NCBI GenBank assembly: GCA_015062545.1
Contig: SUUL01000002.1
Span: forward strand, 114,995 to 178,994
Direction: 5' to 3'
DNA length: 64,000 nt
Source of the DNA: Alphaproteobacteria bacterium
Lineage (GTDB): Bacteria > Pseudomonadota > Alphaproteobacteria > Rs-D84
Shown piece after piece: positions 48,025 to 56,483 of the stretch. Position 1 is the stretch's first letter. Each line of letters opens with the position of its first letter. The translations under genes were made by a program, and so were the position numbers. The notes under the pieces were generated by a model. That model did not search any database, had not been told where the DNA came from, and worked only from the letters and a program-made list of their open reading frames with translations.

Positions 48025-48626
48025 TTTCCGATTGCAGTGCGGTAAATCGTATCGTACGCATGCGGTGTACCAATATATATCATCGTTCCGGTTGGCGACA
48101 ATATAAAATCTAATTCACGTAATCTTTCACGCAAATTTTCACGTTTCTGTGCGGTGTTTGCCGTGTTTGGAACCTCTACGTCATCGCATATAATCAAATC
48201 TGCACGCATACCGGTGATATTTCCGTGTACCCCTTGGCAAATTACAGACGGTTCGCGAATACCAATCGGGCGTTTAACAGTGATACGACCCGTGGCCCAC
48301 TCTTTTTTACCAACAGGTATCATATCAGTACACCATGGATGATTTTCTAAAATATGCCTGATATGACCAACCATACGTGTTGCCAGACCACTTTCCGCCG
48401 ACAAAATCAAAATTCTGGTTTCTGGGCGCAGGTACAAAACACATGCTGCAAAAACGCCAACCACCGTGGATTTGCCAGAATGACGAAACGCCATCAACAA
48501 TCCACGATGTGGCGACACAGATAATATATCAACCAAGAAATTCATTATTCGCCGATGATGTGCCGGTGTCTGATATCCCAAAACACGATTCCATTCGTCT
48601 AAAAACGCGTTAAATTCCGTATTCAT
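48021..48626 (-). CDS. terminase large subunit, N-terminal ATPase domain (separate ORF)
   Basis: Walker A 'AFRHSGKST', Walker B 'LIICDDVE', motif III 'YIGTPH'; terminates right after motif III. Confidence 0.7.
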   Translation of the reverse strand: MNTEFNAFLDEWNRVLGYQTPAHHRRIMNFLVDILSVSPHRGLLMAFRHSGKSTVVGVFAACVLYLRPETRILILSAESGLATRMVGHIRHILENHPWCTDMIPVGKKEWATGRITVKRPIGIREPSVICQGVHGNITGMRADLIICDDVEVPNTANTAQKRENLRERLRELDFILSPTGTMIYIGTPHAYDTIYRTAIGN

Positions 48627-48650
48627 TTTGGCAATATCCCAAGAAGCAGG

Positions 48651-48998
48651 TTATCCAACAATGTCATCCAATCTGGATAATAAAGATTGTAATAATTTGG
48701 GCTTTTTGACGGCGGATTCTTTAATTTTCTTTAAGTTATTTTTGCGTTTTTCTTCATAAGGTGCCGCCGTTTCTGATTTCAGACGTTTCAAAACCGCCCC
48801 TTGGGTTATGCCATCACCAGACACGCCAGATGCACCATATTTGGCGCGTTGACTGGCCAAAACCTTTTTTATCAGATTTGTTTTTTCAGTTTCGTCTGCC
48901 GCCATTTGCGCCAAGATTTCTTTACGCGCAGATTTTGCAGATTTTTTGGCATCTTTGTATTCCAAGATGTCCGTTACATCAGATACAATTTGTCCCAT
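48651..48998 (-). CDS. hypothetical protein (position suggests terminase small subunit)
   Basis: 115-aa basic/helical protein immediately upstream of terminase ATPase ORF. Confidence 0.3.
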   Translation of the reverse strand: MGQIVSDVTDILEYKDAKKSAKSARKEILAQMAADETEKTNLIKKVLASQRAKYGASGVSGDGITQGAVLKRLKSETAAPYEEKRKNNLKKIKESAVKKPKLLQSLLSRLDDIVG

Positions 48999-49022
48999 AT
49001 TTTATCCTTTTTTTTAATAAGT

Positions 49023-50753
49023 TTAGACAGAATACCAACCATGTATGCACACAGATGAAACTGTGGCGGGGTATGCCGCGCTGCCATGTAATGTCCATAA
49101 TGGACGCGTGCCGTCATGACTGGTTCCTAAACAATTTAACGATACATCGCCGGTAAAACCGTTGGATGCAGTGTCATAAATGTCATTAGGCAACACAGCC
49201 TGATGAGTGTTTATATAAATAGATTTCGTATCAATGATACGCACAACAATCTTGCGTAATTTTATCCGGGTAACATTATGATTAGATATGCGTAATGGTA
49301 ATGAAGATGCACAAAATGAATAGTCATATTCATCTGCATCACGTAACGCATTACTGTCAAAATATTCCAAGAATACTTGGCCATCGCGCAATACAACAAC
49401 ATACGTTTTCTGATTACATACGGTGACAGATAAAAATTGTCCCGATGTTCTGTATGTACCCCATGCAGATACACCCAAAGCCGCATTTTGATTCAAAACC
49501 GCCATGGTGCCGTCTTGTTTTACGATAAACAACTGGTGCAAGGATTCGTTGTATGCAATATCCAATGGATTTTGTATCAAATGCTTGGATAACATGCTTA
49601 GATCATTGGCATTGTAATGTTCACCCAATTCATCCAGACTTAGTTCGCGAATATCGCAACCGTTGGCAGAAACAAAAACTGTTGCGCCTTCTATGCGTTG
49701 GGGCGGTAAGTATCGCGCGGAATAAGAACCAACAGATGTGTGCTGTTTGATATCAACAGACGAAGGTGTCAGGGGTTTACTGGATATGGCCCATTCGCCA
49801 ACATTGGTTAATATTTGCAAATTATCACTGCTGACCACGGTACATATTTGTTGACGCTGTTGCGACAACAAAGACAGAAAGATGCCTTCGTCATCCAAGC
49901 CTGTGCCAACAGAAAAGTTTTGGTGATTGCCGACATGTGACATCCATATCCCAGATGGCCAATCACGTGAACCACCAAATACCAATCTGTCTTGGTGAAA
50001 TGTTATACTGCGCGGCCAACCACGATGTTTACTAAAGGCGGCCTCGCGCCAATCTGTGATTGCGGTATCTGTTGCAGTATAAGAACCATTGGTAAATACT
50101 GTGACCTGGGTTTCATTAATATATTCTGTAATAACCCACTGACGATTCTGAAGATACAGACGTGTATTAACATAATCAGGTGTCCAAAACGCACGATTGG
50201 TGCTGAACACTGCGTAATTATTTCCCAATGAACTGGTGCTGATTTGAATCTGAACATCAGATGCATCTTCAAATTTTACAAATGGAATATTCAATGTCAT
50301 GTCTGAATCGTTGCGCGAAAAAGCAAAATCAGACATATAAAATCTGCCACTGTCCCAATATAATGTTTGTGGCACATAATCAGGATGAACAAATATCATC
50401 GTCCCAAAACGCTGGGCATATTGAATATTAAACAAGTCATCATATCCCCAAGGTGTTATCAAATCTTGGAATAAGTTATTGTCACGATATATAAACATGT
50501 GACAATCGGTCAATACAATTAAATATTCTAAATTGTCCGATGCAGAAAATGGTATCAAACGTGCATGACCGTCCAGTAACGCAACAGATGTTAAACCACA
50601 TCGCCGCCGCAGACCACCACCTGACAAGACATCCATATTTTCCAGACGTGACAGACCATGAATATTATCATGGTTGTAAAATTCTGGGGCAACTTCGCCA
50701 TTTGCAAATGAACTTTGTGTTTTTATAAAATCAGACATGTTATATTTCCCCAT
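49023..50753 (-). CDS. T7 gp12-like tail tubular protein B (short form)
   Basis: N-terminal 'FANGEVAPEFYNHDNIHGLSRLENMDVLSGGGLRRR' parallels T7 gp12 'LKGGISQQPDILRYPDQGSRQVNGWSSETEGLQKRPP' (from memory); follows the gp11-like gene. Confidence 0.45.
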   Translation of the reverse strand: MGKYNMSDFIKTQSSFANGEVAPEFYNHDNIHGLSRLENMDVLSGGGLRRRCGLTSVALLDGHARLIPFSASDNLEYLIVLTDCHMFIYRDNNLFQDLITPWGYDDLFNIQYAQRFGTMIFVHPDYVPQTLYWDSGRFYMSDFAFSRNDSDMTLNIPFVKFEDASDVQIQISTSSLGNNYAVFSTNRAFWTPDYVNTRLYLQNRQWVITEYINETQVTVFTNGSYTATDTAITDWREAAFSKHRGWPRSITFHQDRLVFGGSRDWPSGIWMSHVGNHQNFSVGTGLDDEGIFLSLLSQQRQQICTVVSSDNLQILTNVGEWAISSKPLTPSSVDIKQHTSVGSYSARYLPPQRIEGATVFVSANGCDIRELSLDELGEHYNANDLSMLSKHLIQNPLDIAYNESLHQLFIVKQDGTMAVLNQNAALGVSAWGTYRTSGQFLSVTVCNQKTYVVVLRDGQVFLEYFDSNALRDADEYDYSFCASSLPLRISNHNVTRIKLRKIVVRIIDTKSIYINTHQAVLPNDIYDTASNGFTGDVSLNCLGTSHDGTRPLWTLHGSAAYPATVSSVCIHGWYSV

Positions 50754-50760
50754 TTAATAA

Positions 50761-51318
50761 TTAAAAACGTGTACTGATTAGTGAAAACTCTTGGATTCCA
50801 TCAGCCACCGATATTGTACTGTCTATGAATTTTGCCGTTTGCAATTCTGATTCATACAGTGCCGCCAACGTGCGAAATACGGTCTGATTTCCCGTCAATG
50901 GAATACAAAATTCCATTGCCAAGCGTGTTGCCAACATGGATACAAAATAACTGGGGTATGTGTCTGGTGTCATACGCACAATCGCCAAAATTTTAATTGA
51001 TTCACTGGACGATTCTATGTATTTTCCAACCAATTTGCCATCAGATTTCAACACACGCAGAACATTATCAGGAACCAAAAAATTACCATCTGAATTTTTT
51101 CTCAATGATATTTCTTGGGTTGCAAAATGCCACGGATGTATTGACAGCAAAGAATCCGCCACAGCATCATACAACGTACGCGCCAACCGCGAATTCACCG
51201 AATCATCTGTCCAGGATTGAATTGGACTTTCACCCAACTTTAACAAGGCCATTGAACATAAATCTAGTTTTGTAAGCATTGGTATTCCTTTTTGTATTAT
51301 AAAAAACAAGGGCGACAC
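50761..51318 (-). CDS. T7 gp11-like tail tubular protein A
   Basis: 'LDLCSMALLKLGESPIQSWTDDSVNSRLARTLYDAVADSLLSIHPWHF' parallels T7 gp11 '[22 protein letters not shown]...[21 protein letters not shown]'. Confidence 0.55.
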   Translation of the reverse strand: MSPLFFIIQKGIPMLTKLDLCSMALLKLGESPIQSWTDDSVNSRLARTLYDAVADSLLSIHPWHFATQEISLRKNSDGNFLVPDNVLRVLKSDGKLVGKYIESSSESIKILAIVRMTPDTYPSYFVSMLATRLAMEFCIPLTGNQTVFRTLAALYESELQTAKFIDSTISVADGIQEFSLISTRF

Positions 51319-51343
51319 AAAATGCCGCCCGACAATATATAAA

Positions 51344-51574
51344 TTAAGCCAACGAAACCGTTGTTACATTCAATTCTGTTATATTAATTTTCTTGATGGC
51401 TGTATTATCAGATGCATTAATCATGATAATGTCGCCAATGTTCATCAATGTTTTAACATTGTTGAAATATCCATTGGCGGTAATTGTTGCCAATGTTTCA
51501 TTTGCACTGTAATGCCACAATGTAAATCCATTAGCATACGCGATAACAGATAAATTTTTATTCTGAAATGCCAT
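51344..51574 (-). CDS. hypothetical protein downstream of capsid gene
   Basis: 76-aa ORF. Confidence 0.3.
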   Translation of the reverse strand: MAFQNKNLSVIAYANGFTLWHYSANETLATITANGYFNNVKTLMNIGDIIMINASDNTAIKKINITELNVTTVSLA

Positions 51575-51614
51575 GTGTTTTTCCTTTTGGTTTATGATTT
51601 ATTCAAATTGTGAT

Positions 51615-52436
51615 TTATTGTGCATCTGAACATTTAACGCGAACGATGCCATCACCATCAATCAAAACTGCGCCTTGGGACATGCTGTTGCTGATAAAGT
51701 GTGCCGCACGTTCACCATGCCAAGAAATATCTGTTTTGACTTCTTGACCACATGCATGACCGATGCTGGATGCGTGATAAATAAAGCAATCGCGGTTATC
51801 AGATGACACAGGTAAACCATTATACAACACCCATGTAATACCCAACCATTTGCGCGCTTCAAATCCATTTACCAATGGGCTGGCATTACCAACATAATCT
51901 GCAGACACAAATTCATCCATTGACAGCAATTCATTCCACTGATGTACACCAACAACCGCAAAGCGGCGACCATCATCTGGGACATCATTTGTGTTCAACA
52001 CTTCAACCGCAGACAAGATTAAATCTTTGGTCAAACCGGTGGAATAGTCACCAACATTTGCAGTTGCTGTATTCATGGCAGACACAATCAATTCATCTGT
52101 CTTGCGACCCAATGCGTACGCACCCGCAGATGCGACAACGCGGCGTTCATCAACATTTACCTTTAATTCATCCAATGCATCAACCCAATCGCCCGCATAA
52201 TAATCTTGCAAAAGACATTCTACGGGTTCATGATTCAAATTCATCACAGGAACAATGCCATGACGAGATTTGGTACTGGCGGTGCCACGACCAACTTTTT
52301 GAAAAGTTGTAGATGCGCCAACAACACCAGATTTACTGCGTACTGTTGAACGTAATTTGGTGCCCATTTGCTGATAAGCCAAATGAACATCTGCTTCGAA
52401 TTGTTTCACAAAAACATTATCTATGGAAACAGACAT
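51615..52436 (-). CDS. T7-like major capsid protein (gp10 family)
   Basis: 'FEADVHLAYQQMGTKLRSTVRSKSGVVGASTTFQKVGRGTAS' parallels T7 gp10A 'VLTAFARTSVTTSRHMVRSISSGKSAQFPVLGRTQAA'; start at the Met with an AAAGGA RBS. Confidence 0.65.
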   Translation of the reverse strand: MSVSIDNVFVKQFEADVHLAYQQMGTKLRSTVRSKSGVVGASTTFQKVGRGTASTKSRHGIVPVMNLNHEPVECLLQDYYAGDWVDALDELKVNVDERRVVASAGAYALGRKTDELIVSAMNTATANVGDYSTGLTKDLILSAVEVLNTNDVPDDGRRFAVVGVHQWNELLSMDEFVSADYVGNASPLVNGFEARKWLGITWVLYNGLPVSSDNRDCFIYHASSIGHACGQEVKTDISWHGERAAHFISNSMSQGAVLIDGDGIVRVKCSDAQ

Positions 52437-52654
52437 AAAAAATCCTTTGGTTAAAAAGTTAAAATTACGATGTGATAACACACATCACCAAAATTTTGTA
52501 TTTTGGTTATGCAAATTAATGCGCCATAAAAAACAAAAGCTATCGGGTTCGTATAAAACGAATTATCCATAAAAAATATCAGTCAGACTGTACGTAATCA
52601 TCTGACTGATACTTTTGAAAAACCCCCGCATCGCGGGGGCTGATATATTGTTAA

Positions 52655-53092
52655 TTATTTTTTCTTAACAACTTTTTTTGCAGCTGGTTTTTTTGCAACT
52701 ACTTTCTTTGCAACTGGTTTTTTTGCAACCGGTTTTTTTGCAACTGGTTTTTTTGCAGCTACTTTTTTTGCAACTGCTTTTTTTGCAACTGGTTTTTTTG
52801 CAACTACTTTTTTTGCAACTGGCTTTTTTGCAGCTACTTTCTTTGCAACTGGCTTTTTTGCAACTGCTTTTTTTGCAACTGGCTTTTTTGCAGCTACTTT
52901 TTTTGCAACTGGTTTTTTAGCTGCTACTTTTTTTGCAACTGGTTTTTTTGCAACAGGTTTTTTAGCTGCTACTTTTTTTGCAACTGGTTTAACCGCCGCT
53001 TTCTTTGCAGGTGCAGCTTTTTTTGCAACAGGTTTTGCAACAGGTTTAACCGCTGCTTTCTTTGCCGCAGATTTTCTAAATAAGAATGCCAT
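52655..53092 (-). CDS. Lys/Ala-rich histone H1-like (Hc/AlgP-like) DNA-binding protein
   Basis: 145 aa, almost entirely [10 protein letters not shown] pentapeptide repeats encoded by 15-nt tandem DNA repeats. Confidence 0.6.
   Translation of the reverse strand: MAFLFRKSAAKKAAVKPVAKPVAKKAAPAKKAAVKPVAKKVAAKKPVAKKPVAKKVAAKKPVAKKVAAKKPVAKKAVAKKPVAKKVAAKKPVAKKVVAKKPVAKKAVAKKVAAKKPVAKKPVAKKPVAKKVVAKKPAAKKVVKKK
52676..53070. repeat. tandem 15-nt repeat array (coding for [10 protein letters not shown] units)
   Basis: visible periodic 'ttttttgcaactggt/ttttttgcagctact' units. Confidence 0.85.
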
Positions 53093-53198
53093 TCTTTCTC
53101 TCCTTGTTATGGTTTTGGATAGAACAAACCCTTTTTGTTCTTACTTTGTATTTTATCTTAAACACAAAACTTAGTAAAGAAGAAAGTGATATTTTTTC

Positions 53199-53855
53199 TT
53201 ATGAATATAATTTTTTAAAACCATTTTCTATTTTTCTGATGTATTCAGAATCATTATCACGCCAATATTTTGGATCACGCATCATACGCCGCAAATCTGC
53301 ATCTGTTAAATTTTGCGTATCATTATTTGCAGTATGAACATCTGGTTCCATCGATTGCATCATCTTGTACATGCTTTGAATTCCCTGGGGTGTGGCGCAT
53401 AACGCATCAAATGCATCACGTGGTAAAAATTTTTCACCAAATGAATTTATTGCAACCAGTGCATCTTTCATTTTTTCATCACCACCGAAAAAATGTTTTA
53501 ATTCATTTATTGCTTTGCTTTCATTTTGAACAGAATACAAATCTGAAATCACAGGTGATAAAAATTCATTTGCAATGTTATAAATTTTTTCAACTTGCGA
53601 ACAGGTTAATCCTATTTCAAAAAATTTGTTACGTAAATTTTCATCATCATATAATTCGTGTGTTGGATATTCTGATGCAGATTCTGGAACACCAATCGCA
53701 CGATTAAATTTATAACGCGTTTGTTCGTCAGAATTTTCATTTGGAACAGATATCATTGTTCCAATCTTTTTTTCTAATTCAGTGTATGATTTTATTAATG
53801 CTTCTGAATTAAGTGTACCGTCTTTGTTCAAAAATTTTTCTGGGATATTATCCAT
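53199..53855 (-). CDS. hypothetical protein (scaffolding-protein position)
   Basis: acidic helical 218-aa protein between lysis genes and capsid, at the T7 gp9 position; AAAGGA RBS. Confidence 0.3.
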   Translation of the reverse strand: MDNIPEKFLNKDGTLNSEALIKSYTELEKKIGTMISVPNENSDEQTRYKFNRAIGVPESASEYPTHELYDDENLRNKFFEIGLTCSQVEKIYNIANEFLSPVISDLYSVQNESKAINELKHFFGGDEKMKDALVAINSFGEKFLPRDAFDALCATPQGIQSMYKMMQSMEPDVHTANNDTQNLTDADLRRMMRDPKYWRDNDSEYIRKIENGFKKLYS

Positions 53856-54045
53856 TATTTTTTCCTTTGGTTTCATTAGATTTACGCAGAAAATAAATTC
53901 CCCCTAATGTGAATATCGCTTGCAACATCGTAAATATATCTGTGTCGCCAACCAGGTATGCCGCAACCGCAGATATAATTCCCGTTGCAGAAATTATATA
54001 TGTGCGATATCCAGATAACTGACCGCCCTTGATTATTTTTTTCAT
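53848..54045 (-). CDS. holin-like small membrane protein
   Basis: 65 aa, two hydrophobic segments, charged C-terminus; directly downstream of endolysin. Confidence 0.4.
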   Translation of the reverse strand: MKKIIKGGQLSGYRTYIISATGIISAVAAYLVGDTDIFTMLQAIFTLGGIYFLRKSNETKGKNNG

Positions 54046-54056
54046 CTTGATTCCGA

Positions 54057-54467
54057 TTATAAGTAAAACAACATGCCATCAATATCTGCAATATACCCAC
54101 GCGCAACCGCCCAAGACGGCAAAACATCTGTGTTATGAAATCTGGTCGCACCAAAACACATATCAACCAACCCACCAGACAACATGCGGCGCGCAACACG
54201 TACACACATCTGAAAACCACGATTATTTGCGGGAACACTTAACCGTGAATAACGTGCAGAATCAGTACATAATGCGTCAAAAATATTTTTATCTGTCACA
54301 ATACTGTATATGTCTGTACCAGATGCATCAGATAAATTTTTTATCATTGATGTCAGTGCTTCTACACCAAGTAAAGTATTTGCACCCGTTTGTGCATAAA
54401 CAACACGTGCAATTTTGTATGCCAACGCAGCACCCGTATCGGTGTTCTTGATTAATGTCATTTGCAT
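54057..54467 (-). CDS. cell-wall hydrolase (SleB/CwlJ Hydrolase_2 family) endolysin
   Basis: 'IARVVYAQTGANTLLGVEALTSMIKN...IYSIVTDKNIFDAL' matches the Hydrolase_2 pattern (AEARGE..G..AVA.VVLNR...QF). Confidence 0.5.
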   Translation of the reverse strand: MQMTLIKNTDTGAALAYKIARVVYAQTGANTLLGVEALTSMIKNLSDASGTDIYSIVTDKNIFDALCTDSARYSRLSVPANNRGFQMCVRVARRMLSGGLVDMCFGATRFHNTDVLPSWAVARGYIADIDGMLFYL

Positions 54468-54632
54468 GCCGAAAAAACCTTTTGGTAAAAAAATTGCCAT
54501 GCATAATGCATGACAATAAAAAAACCACAACGCATGTTGTGGGCAGTATCTTAGCTGTTCATGTTCATGATGTTATCATATTTTTACTTAAAAGTCAAGA
54601 TAAAAATATAAACCCGCGGATTTCCGTGGCTT

Positions 54633-55313
54633 TTACGCGATTATTTCATCGCCATAAACCAACAGATATCGTGTGTCGCGCCGCAAAACCAATGCGCCAT
54701 TTTCATTAATACCGATTAATTCTGCCGGTTCGCCCTGGTATTTAACCATGCGGTTCAGGCACCCCGCCAATTCTGTCCAACGCGCACGAACCGCACGAAA
54801 ATCCGCGCGCCGCCATTTATCAATATTACGCATCAAGCGATTTAATAATTCGTTCATTGGAATTTCAGAATAATTGTCCAGTTTTGTGGTCTTGTATCTG
54901 TCCACAGTTGGATTGGAATTTACATTTATACCAATTCCAACAATAACAAAACGCCCCGAATACTCAATCAATGTACCAGCAACCTTGCGGTCATCTATTA
55001 AAATATCATTAGGCCATTTGATTGTCGGATGAATACCAAAAGATGCGATTGTTTCCGCAATCGCCACCGCCACAGAATACGACAGGCGCGGGTCACGTTC
55101 CGGGCAATCAAAAATAAAACTGATATACAAATTGCCATGGTGCGATACCCACGAACGGCGATACCTGCCACGGCCGGCAGATTGTGCCGCCGCCAAAATC
55201 GCGGTATGATCCGTTGCGCGCCCAGACACAATTAGTTCATGTGCGTAATCTTGGGTGCTGGGGATTTTATCCAAAGATATTAACTTATAACTTGCCAAGA
55301 CTGTACACCCCAT
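54633..55313 (-). CDS. birA: biotin--[acetyl-CoA-carboxylase] ligase (class I, no HTH)
   Basis: 'AQSAGRGRYRRSWVSHHGNLYISFIF' BirA signature. Confidence 0.85.
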   Translation of the reverse strand: MGCTVLASYKLISLDKIPSTQDYAHELIVSGRATDHTAILAAAQSAGRGRYRRSWVSHHGNLYISFIFDCPERDPRLSYSVAVAIAETIASFGIHPTIKWPNDILIDDRKVAGTLIEYSGRFVIVGIGINVNSNPTVDRYKTTKLDNYSEIPMNELLNRLMRNIDKWRRADFRAVRARWTELAGCLNRMVKYQGEPAELIGINENGALVLRRDTRYLLVYGDEIIA

Positions 55314-55704
55314 TTATGTTTTTAATGAATCCGCGACCATATTTCTGGCGCAGTTGATATATCGCAGTGTCCAATGCATGCGTAGAAACATCCGGTGCAT
55401 ATCCCAACGCGCTTTTTAATTGCCCAATAGACATACCGCCTGTCTTGTACAACATGACCACTATTTGTGTTTGAATATGGGGTAATACGGTGTTTTGACC
55501 AAAAATGGCATATAATGTTTCAGAATTATCACATGCCGCCAATATCACCGACTTTAATTCCATGGGGGTTGGACATTTACCCAGTTCCAGATCATCAAAA
55601 TTGATAATTCCTGTGTCCAACGCAGGCATAACAGTCGCGCCCAAATCGGCCAAGATTTGCCGCCAAATGTTGTCTGATGCATAGATCCGAATGCCTGATA
55701 ACAT
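55285..55704 (-). CDS. winged-helix DNA-binding protein (OmpR/trans_reg_C-like)
   Basis: C-terminal 'MSIGQLKSALGYAPDVSTHALDTAIYQLRQKYG' resembles the OmpR-family wing. Confidence 0.4.
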   Translation of the reverse strand: MLSGIRIYASDNIWRQILADLGATVMPALDTGIINFDDLELGKCPTPMELKSVILAACDNSETLYAIFGQNTVLPHIQTQIVVMLYKTGGMSIGQLKSALGYAPDVSTHALDTAIYQLRQKYGRGFIKNINGVYSLGKL

Positions 55705-55796
55705 ATAAGAACTGTACCCTATTGTAATTTAATTGTCCATAAAAAACCACACAGGTTTATATCTGTGTGGTTTTTGGGGTGTCGAAACTGTGTTTT

Positions 55797-56042
55797 TTAT
55801 TCGCGCCCTGTATCAGGAACGTCTATAAACTTGGTAAAATCCTGAATTTTAGCCCCAGTGGACGATAAAATTTTGGAAATACTGTTTGTAGAAGGCCATC
55901 GCGGTTGCCCTTCTTTTGACCAACGTTTACTTTTGTTAAATGTTGTCGGGTCTAATCCGCTGCACTTTGCCAAACCGGAACAAGACATTCCATGTTCTGT
56001 TGCAAAGCGTTCTATGGCGCGCCAAACATCGTCATGTGTCAT
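55797..56042 (-). CDS. HTH transcriptional regulator (alphaproteobacterial CI-like N-domain)
   Basis: 'DVWRAIERFATEHGMSCSGLAKCSGLDPTTFNKSKR...RWPSTNSISKIL' is the common alphaproteobacterial short repressor pattern. Confidence 0.6.
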   Translation of the reverse strand: MTHDDVWRAIERFATEHGMSCSGLAKCSGLDPTTFNKSKRWSKEGQPRWPSTNSISKILSSTGAKIQDFTKFIDVPDTGRE

Positions 56043-56189
56043 TTTTTCTCTCCCTCTTGTTGCACGTCAGAATATTTTTCTATTCCAGACAACATTGATT
56101 TTATTCCAGAAATCCGGGCAATACAACAAGTACCATTTCCTAGGAATATACTAAAAAAACAAACACAAAAAATTTTTTTGACAAAACAC

Positions 56190-56218
56190 TTGACGAATCG
56201 ATTTTTGTGTACTATATT
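56190..56218 (+). promoter_or_regulatory. sigma70-like promoter (TTGACG-17-TATATT)
   Basis: near-consensus -35/-10 with 17-nt spacer, reading into a structured CU-rich region. Confidence 0.55.
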
Positions 56219-56225
56219 CTAATTC

Positions 56226-56417
56226 GTCAAAGGGACAAAACCCGATGACCAGATGTGAAAACATCTGTTGGGGCCCAGAGGTTCAGACTCCCTCCTACAT
56301 TCTCTCTCCTCTGGACTCTGGACCCCAAGACATAGTTTAGAGTGTCCAATTTCTTTTTCTCCTTTCCTTCCTTTCGGGACACTCGGAAATACCGCCGGCA
56401 ACGGCGGTGTTTTTTTA
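56226..56417 (+). ncRNA. candidate small RNA (~190 nt) with CU-rich (anti-SD-like) stretches
   Basis: promoter upstream, several hairpins (cagatgtgaaaacatctg; ggggcccagag...ctctggacccc; gagtgtcc...gggacactc), ends in 'CCGCCGGCAACGGCGG' + T7 terminator; not coding. Confidence 0.5.
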
Positions 56418-56436
56418 TTCAAATAAATATTTCTAT

Positions 56437-56462
56437 AAAAAAATCCCCCAAACGGGGGATTT
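56437..56462 (-). terminator. rho-independent terminator of rplI operon (AAATCCCCCaaacGGGGGATTT)
   Basis: hairpin + T-run on minus strand. Confidence 0.75.
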
Positions 56463-56483
56463 CAATTTCTGTAACAGAAAGAA

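Noticed and set aside
52676-53070. Tandem short repeats considered as a possible CRISPR array
   Set aside because: Period is 15 nt with no unique spacers. The repeats are in frame and encode the KKPVA units of an H1-like protein.
56226-56417. Assigning the sRNA candidate to 6S RNA or SRP RNA
   Set aside because: The 5' and 3' ends do not form the long closing helix of 6S RNA, and the SRP domain IV motif (AGCAGCC...GGAA) is absent. The class is left open.
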